DNA of 28,285 nt, from positions 1-28,285 of the IMG/VR virus record IMGVR_UViG_3300011334_000156, one strand, 5' to 3'. A program made the translations under genes and the position numbers. This stretch comes from a virus (Duplodnaviria > Caudoviricetes). The notes beneath the pieces were generated by a model that did not search any database, was not told the origin of the DNA, and saw only the letters and a program-made list of their open reading frames with translations. Of the stretch, positions 23,646 to 28,285 are shown piece by piece (within the stretch, counting starts at the first letter, position 1; every line of letters starts with the position of its first letter).

Positions 23646-25418
23646 ATGGCAGAACTTCAGACATTTCAAAATGCCTATTTACAGGCAACAAGTGGTAACA
23701 CAACTTACAGCCGTAATCAACTGCGCTGGCAATTTTTACTTGCGAGCTTTACGGGCGGACAAGCATATCGTGAGGGTGCATATCTACAGCGTTATGCATT
23801 GGAAAGCGACACTGAATATGCCCAAAGATTAAACAATACACCATTAGATAATCAAGTAAGAAGTTTGATAAGTCTATATACAAGTTTCTTGTTTAGAACA
23901 GAACCAAGTAGAGACTTTGGCGTATTAGAAGATAACCCTACTATTGAAGACATTGAAGAAGATGCTGACTTAGATGGACGCAGTATGAATGCGTTCATGA
24001 AAGATGTAGCACAATGGGCCGCAGTATTCGGACATGTATGGATCTGTGTAGCAAAGCCTGATGTCGGCGCAGTTACACTGGCAGATGAAATGGCTTTGGG
24101 TGCAAGACCATATCTAAGTATGTTTAACCCCCTTAGTGTCACTGACTGGCGCTGGGCAAGACAGCCTAATGGCGGCTACGCATTAGATTATATCAAGTAT
24201 GTTGAAGAAGTCAACGGCACTGAAACCGTGGTCAAAGAATGGACAGCAGATAGCATTACAACTTATCGTGTTAACACACAACAAGAAACTGTTTTAGAAA
24301 TGATGCAAGAAATTAATGGTCTAGGTTATTTGCCATTTGTCTGTGCTTATGCTGAACGCAGTCCTGTTAGAGGATTGGGTAATAGTTTGGTAGATGACAT
24401 TGCCGATCAACAAAGATCAATATATAATGAACTAGCCGAAGTTTGGGACAGCACAAGACTTTCAACTCATCCCTCATTAGTTGCCACAGCAGGCACAAAC
24501 GCACAAGGGGCCGCAGCCGGACAAATTATTACCATGGAGGAGAATTTGGATCCTAACTTAAAGCCTTATGTTCTACAGTTTGATACTGGACAAATTGGAC
24601 ACATATATGATAGTATTAACAATCGTCGTAAAATGATTGATAGCATGGGTAATGTTGGTGCCGTAAGAGCAACAGAAACTAGAGAGATGTCAGGCCTGGC
24701 AATTCAAACAGAGTTCCAACTTTTAAATGCACGCCTGTCAAGCATAGCAGACAATTTGGAATTAGCAGAAGAACAAATCTGGCAAATCATATACACATAC
24801 ATGGGCTATGAGTGGGATGGTGAAATAGACTATCCAGATAACTTTGCATTACATAACACTGACAATGAGTTAGACCAATATGCTAAGATTAAAGCATTGA
24901 GTCCTCGTCCAGAAGTTCAAACAGCAATAGACAGTCGCATTGCCGAAATGCTGGACATTGAAATGTTAGAAGCAATGCTAGGCACAGAACAAATGTTAGA
25001 AGGCGAACAGCCTGAAATGGCTGTGCCAGGAGTAATGCCTGAAGATGGTTGTCCTATTGAAACGCAGGATATTGCTGCCAATCTAGCAAATAGACAAGAA
25101 GCAATTGATCTAGCCAATTATGGTCCATTAAACCCTGCGTTACCTAACACAGTATTTTGGGCTAAGAAAGCAGAAATGTGGAATGTTCCTGTTGCAGAAG
25201 CAAAAACAAGTTTATGTGCTAACTGTGCCGCATTCAATCAAACTTCAAAGATACTAAACTGTATTGATCAAGGATTGGCTGCTGGTGGTAGTGGAGAACA
25301 AGATGCTTGGGCTACAATACAAGCAGGTGATTTAGGTTACTGTGAAGCCTGGGACTTTAAGTGTGCCAGTTCTAGAACTTGTGATGCTTGGATCGCTGGT
25401 GGACCAATAGTAGATTAA
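23646..25418 (+). CDS. Portal protein with fused C-terminal Cys-rich domain
   Basis: Follows terL; YLQRYALESDTEYAQRL, DADLDGRS, NGLGYLPFV and SGLAIQTEFQLLNARL motifs typical of SPP1-like portals; about 120 extra residues from aa 469. Confidence 0.88.
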   Translation: MAELQTFQNAYLQATSGNTTYSRNQLRWQFLLASFTGGQAYREGAYLQRYALESDTEYAQRLNNTPLDNQVRSLISLYTSFLFRTEPSRDFGVLEDNPTIEDIEEDADLDGRSMNAFMKDVAQWAAVFGHVWICVAKPDVGAVTLADEMALGARPYLSMFNPLSVTDWRWARQPNGGYALDYIKYVEEVNGTETVVKEWTADSITTYRVNTQQETVLEMMQEINGLGYLPFVCAYAERSPVRGLGNSLVDDIADQQRSIYNELAEVWDSTRLSTHPSLVATAGTNAQGAAAGQIITMEENLDPNLKPYVLQFDTGQIGHIYDSINNRRKMIDSMGNVGAVRATETREMSGLAIQTEFQLLNARLSSIADNLELAEEQIWQIIYTYMGYEWDGEIDYPDNFALHNTDNELDQYAKIKALSPRPEVQTAIDSRIAEMLDIEMLEAMLGTEQMLEGEQPEMAVPGVMPEDGCPIETQDIAANLANRQEAIDLANYGPLNPALPNTVFWAKKAEMWNVPVAEAKTSLCANCAAFNQTSKILNCIDQGLAAGGSGEQDAWATIQAGDLGYCEAWDFKCASSRTCDAWIAGGPIVD

Positions 25419-25419
25419 T

Positions 25420-25722
25420 ATGGCAGAAACATATCGTCCCACAGCACAAATGGCAGCAGCCGCACGCCGAGGATTGAAAATGAGAAAATCCTCAGCAGCC
25501 AGCCGTCGTGGTGGAACTGCTGTAGGGCTTGCTAGAGCAAATCAATTTGCCAAAAGAGAAATGGTAAGTTTGGACATAGTTAAAAGAACTTATAGTTTTC
25601 TAAGTCGTGCGGCAACGTATTACAAGCCAGGAGAAAATACTCCAGGCACACAGGCATATTTGCTTTGGGGCGGTCCTGCTGGACTAACTTGGGCTAAAAA
25701 CATATTAGACAAAATTGAATAA
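25420..25722 (+). CDS. Conserved phage head-module hypothetical protein
   Basis: ARRGL..R...RRGGTAVGLARANQ...VKRTYSFLSR...AYLLWGGPAG.TWA pattern recurrent in phage head clusters (recalled). Confidence 0.7.
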   Translation: MAETYRPTAQMAAAARRGLKMRKSSAASRRGGTAVGLARANQFAKREMVSLDIVKRTYSFLSRAATYYKPGENTPGTQAYLLWGGPAGLTWAKNILDKIE

Positions 25723-25727
25723 ATTTA

Positions 25728-25735
25728 TATAAATA
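25728..25735 (+). promoter_or_regulatory. T4-type late promoter box TATAAATA for the scaffold-capsid operon
   Basis: Exact consensus, intergenic; followed by 5' hairpin GAACAGA-ATTA-TCTGTTC (25742-25759) and SD GAGG. Confidence 0.72.
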
Positions 25736-25793
25736 CACTACGAACAGAATTATCTGTTCAACAAACTTAACTCTAGAAAGAGGCGCAGATACA

Positions 25794-26468
25794 ATGACTG
25801 AACAAAACATTGGCGACACAGAAGGCACTGATACTTCTCAAAATAATAATCAGGCAACAGAGAAAACTTTTACGCAAGCAGAAGTAAACGCTATTCTAGC
25901 AAAGACTAAAACTCAGTTAGAAAAGAAGTATACCAGCAAGTATGAAGAACTTGGTGATCCAGAGCAACTACGAGAAATCGTTAGTCAGCATCAAAAGATT
26001 CAACAAGAACAACAACTCAAGCGTGGAGAGTTTGATCGTGTTATTCAAGAATTAGCATCTAAGAAAGATGCAGAAATTCAAAAGAGGGATAGAGTAATAG
26101 AAAGTTTCAAAGTGGAAACTCCTATTGTTGATGCCGCGGCACGTTATCGTGCTGTAAATCCTGAACAAGTTAAAGCATTGATTCGTAATCAAGTTAGACT
26201 TAGTCCAGAAGGCGATGTTGAAGTATTAGATGAAAAGGGTTCTGTTCGCTATGATGACAGCGGTAAACCCGTAAGTGTAGATAGTTTTGTTCAGTCATGG
26301 CTGCAAAGCAATCCACATTTTGTGTCGGCAGCACCTGCCACAACTAATACTAAAAGCAACGTATCAGGCAATCAAACAAAGAAGTTAGACATTAGTAAAC
26401 TGGATATGAAAAATCCTGAGCACAGAAAAATCTATGCTGATTATCGTAAGACAGCAGGATTAGCCTAA
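25794..26468 (+). CDS. Capsid scaffolding protein
   Basis: KTFTQAEVNAIL start, coiled-coil body, NPHFV motif; directly upstream of the capsid gene. Confidence 0.85.
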   Translation: MTEQNIGDTEGTDTSQNNNQATEKTFTQAEVNAILAKTKTQLEKKYTSKYEELGDPEQLREIVSQHQKIQQEQQLKRGEFDRVIQELASKKDAEIQKRDRVIESFKVETPIVDAAARYRAVNPEQVKALIRNQVRLSPEGDVEVLDEKGSVRYDDSGKPVSVDSFVQSWLQSNPHFVSAAPATTNTKSNVSGNQTKKLDISKLDMKNPEHRKIYADYRKTAGLA

Positions 26469-26491
26469 AATTCATTTAAGGAGAATTCAAA

Positions 26492-27352
26492 ATGGCAGGT
26501 TCAACCACAACAACACTAAACGACTTACTACCTGAAATTATTCAGGAAGCAATGTTCGTAGCATCAGAGCGCAGTATCATGCGTGGTCTGGTAAAGAATT
26601 ACACTTTGGCTCCAGGTCAAGGTAAAAATGTTAATGTTCCAATTTACCCAATCCAAACAGCAGCCGCTGTTACTGAAGGTGATGAAGTTACTAACACAGC
26701 AGTTTCAACAAACACAGCACAATTAGTTGTTAGCCCAGTTGCTATCCGCACATTGTTAACTGACTTGGCTCGCACTAGTGCTAGTTCCAATGTTGTTGCT
26801 GATCTAGGCAAACTATTCGGTGAAGCCATTGCTCGTAAGATTGACACAGACTTAACAGTATTGTTTAAATCTTTGAACGCTGGTGCTGGTGATTACACTG
26901 GTGCTATCACAGCCGCAGACATCTTTAGAATGGTTGCTAAGTTAAAGGCTGCCGCTGTTCCTACAGAAGGCATGGTCTGCGTATTGCACCCAGAAATTGC
27001 TTATGACTTGAAAGCAGCCTTAACAACTGCAGGTAACACACCTTTCACAGCAGGCGCTTACAGCGATGTTTCTAACGAAGCAATGCGTATGGGCTTTGTT
27101 GGTATGTTGGCTGGTATCCCTGTTTATGAAACAAGTAACATTGCCGCTAACATTAACGCTGGTGACTTCCCTGGTGCTGTATTCCATCGTGATGCATTTG
27201 GTCTTGGCTTAATTGGTGACATCAGCATTGAGACACAACGTCGTGCAAGTTTCTTGGGTGATGACATTGTATGTTCAGCATATTATGGCACAGGCATCCT
27301 ACAAAACAACTACGGTCGTTACTTGGCATTTGACTCAAGCATCAACCCTTAA
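26492..27352 (+). CDS. Major capsid protein (HK97 fold)
   Basis: LLPEII, GKNVNVP, EGDEV, GEAIARKID, VLHPEIAYDL and GMLAGIPVYETSN motifs; strong SD TAAGGAG. Confidence 0.92.
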   Translation: MAGSTTTTLNDLLPEIIQEAMFVASERSIMRGLVKNYTLAPGQGKNVNVPIYPIQTAAAVTEGDEVTNTAVSTNTAQLVVSPVAIRTLLTDLARTSASSNVVADLGKLFGEAIARKIDTDLTVLFKSLNAGAGDYTGAITAADIFRMVAKLKAAAVPTEGMVCVLHPEIAYDLKAALTTAGNTPFTAGAYSDVSNEAMRMGFVGMLAGIPVYETSNIAANINAGDFPGAVFHRDAFGLGLIGDISIETQRRASFLGDDIVCSAYYGTGILQNNYGRYLAFDSSINP

Positions 27353-27381
27353 TTGCTAAATTAATCTAAAGGACTATCACA

Positions 27382-27891
27382 ATGAGTAACCCAAATTTTG
27401 TATACAGTGGAGCAACTTTTTTGCGTTTCGCTACTTTTGCCGAACTACAGGCTCGTGATAGTCGTGTTTTTGAAGCAAATGAAGATCTTACACAAGCAGA
27501 AATTGAAAACTTTTTAAACATGGCCAGTCAGCGTATCCTAACACAAATTAGAAATACCAGTTGGTGGAGAGAATATCAGCGTAGAATGGCAAACATCATT
27601 GATCCAAACCTACTACCTGCTGTTAATCCAAATTATATCTTAGCAAGGACTCAGGAATTCAAGGATTTAAATATATATTTGGCATTGAACGAATATGCAT
27701 ATCCTAGTATTGCTGACTTTGGTAATCCTGATAGTGCAGAGATCGCAAAGATCAAGTTCTACAAGGACAGCTATAATGTATTGTTTGACGAAGTAATTGA
27801 AGCAGGCGATTGGTATGACTTCAGCGAAAACGCAACCATCGATACAGCAGACAAGATGGCTAGTTTTGTAAATAGGATTCGTGTAAGATGA
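27382..27891 (+). CDS. Putative head-tail connector/adaptor
   Basis: Helical 169 aa protein directly after the capsid gene; positional call. Confidence 0.6.
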   Translation: MSNPNFVYSGATFLRFATFAELQARDSRVFEANEDLTQAEIENFLNMASQRILTQIRNTSWWREYQRRMANIIDPNLLPAVNPNYILARTQEFKDLNIYLALNEYAYPSIADFGNPDSAEIAKIKFYKDSYNVLFDEVIEAGDWYDFSENATIDTADKMASFVNRIRVR

Positions 27892-28280
27892 GAACGCAAT
27901 TACTAACTTATTTGACGGCACAACTGACTGGTAGCATTAAGACCAGTCAAGAACTGCCTTTTCAAGAAGGAACTAATCCGTTATACATGAAGAATGCTCG
28001 CAGAGTATATCTTGATGAACCCTATACTGAGCAGAATGACTTGTTGCCTACATTGGGAAGTTTAATTATCAACGAAAGAATTACTATCGTAAGATGGTTC
28101 TTAACAGTTGATGCAAAAAACAGAAACACTGATTTAGATTCAGCATTGACAATCTTAGGTAGTGCTAAGGATATCACTACCATAACAGGCGTTTATAAAC
28201 GCTTGTTTGACTATAATGTCACCATAGACAATGACAGAGTTGTCTATGAGGTCGAATCTAGATTTTATAATTTAGCATAA
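27888..28280 (+). CDS. Putative tail terminator/completion protein
   Basis: 130 aa directly upstream of the tail tube gene on the circular map; positional call. Confidence 0.55.
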   Translation: MRTQLLTYLTAQLTGSIKTSQELPFQEGTNPLYMKNARRVYLDEPYTEQNDLLPTLGSLIINERITIVRWFLTVDAKNRNTDLDSALTILGSAKDITTITGVYKRLFDYNVTIDNDRVVYEVESRFYNLA

Positions 28281-28285
28281 GGAAA
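28118..28285 (+). repeat. Terminal direct repeat / assembly overlap, right copy
   Basis: 165 of 168 positions identical to 1-168. Confidence 0.97.

Larger units (their letters stand above)
1..28285 (+). mobile_element. Complete small tailed (siphovirus-like) bacteriophage genome, circular assembly of about 28117 bp; possible satellite of a large T4-like phage
   Basis: 168-bp end overlap; contiguous terS-terL-portal-scaffold-capsid-neck-tail-tape measure-fibre gene order running across the window ends; no cellular housekeeping genes. Confidence 0.93.

Noticed and set aside
23632-23832. Alternative-frame + strand ORFs (23632..23832, 7626..7829, 12771..12953, 19794..20021)
   Set aside because: Nested in well-supported genes, no RBS, no recognisable motifs
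1-28285. tRNA/rRNA genes, introns, inteins, stop-codon reassignment, integrase/attP
   Set aside because: No cloverleaf or rRNA-like segment seen in the short intergenic gaps; terL and capsid genes are uninterrupted and of normal length; the standard code gives dense gene packing; no recombinase motif recognised

Overview
The window is an apparently complete, circularly assembled genome (about 28.1 kb, AT-rich) of a small tailed dsDNA phage with siphovirus-type morphogenesis genes. Bases 1-168 repeat at 28118-28285, and every credible gene is on the + strand. It encodes terminase, portal, scaffold, capsid, neck proteins, tail tube, a lambda-type frameshifted chaperone, tape measure, tail tip and three fibres. 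I can recognise no DNA polymerase, helicase, primase, SSB, integrase, repressor, sigma factor or endolysin. An early region (about 15950-20250) is driven by near-consensus sigma70 promoters. The structural modules are instead preceded by T4-type late-promoter boxes (TATAAATA and variants), which in T4 need the phage sigma factor gp55 that this genome lacks. Several proteins resemble, from memory and without a database search, families typical of large T4-like aquatic phages, including an N-terminal peptide like the C-terminal tail of their SSB. The leading hypothesis is a virion-autonomous satellite phage that borrows late transcription, replication and perhaps lysis from a large helper phage. 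Other points of interest are two candidate late small RNAs, a tandem pair of constant-end/variable-middle DNA-binding genes, and a Cys-rich domain fused to the portal.
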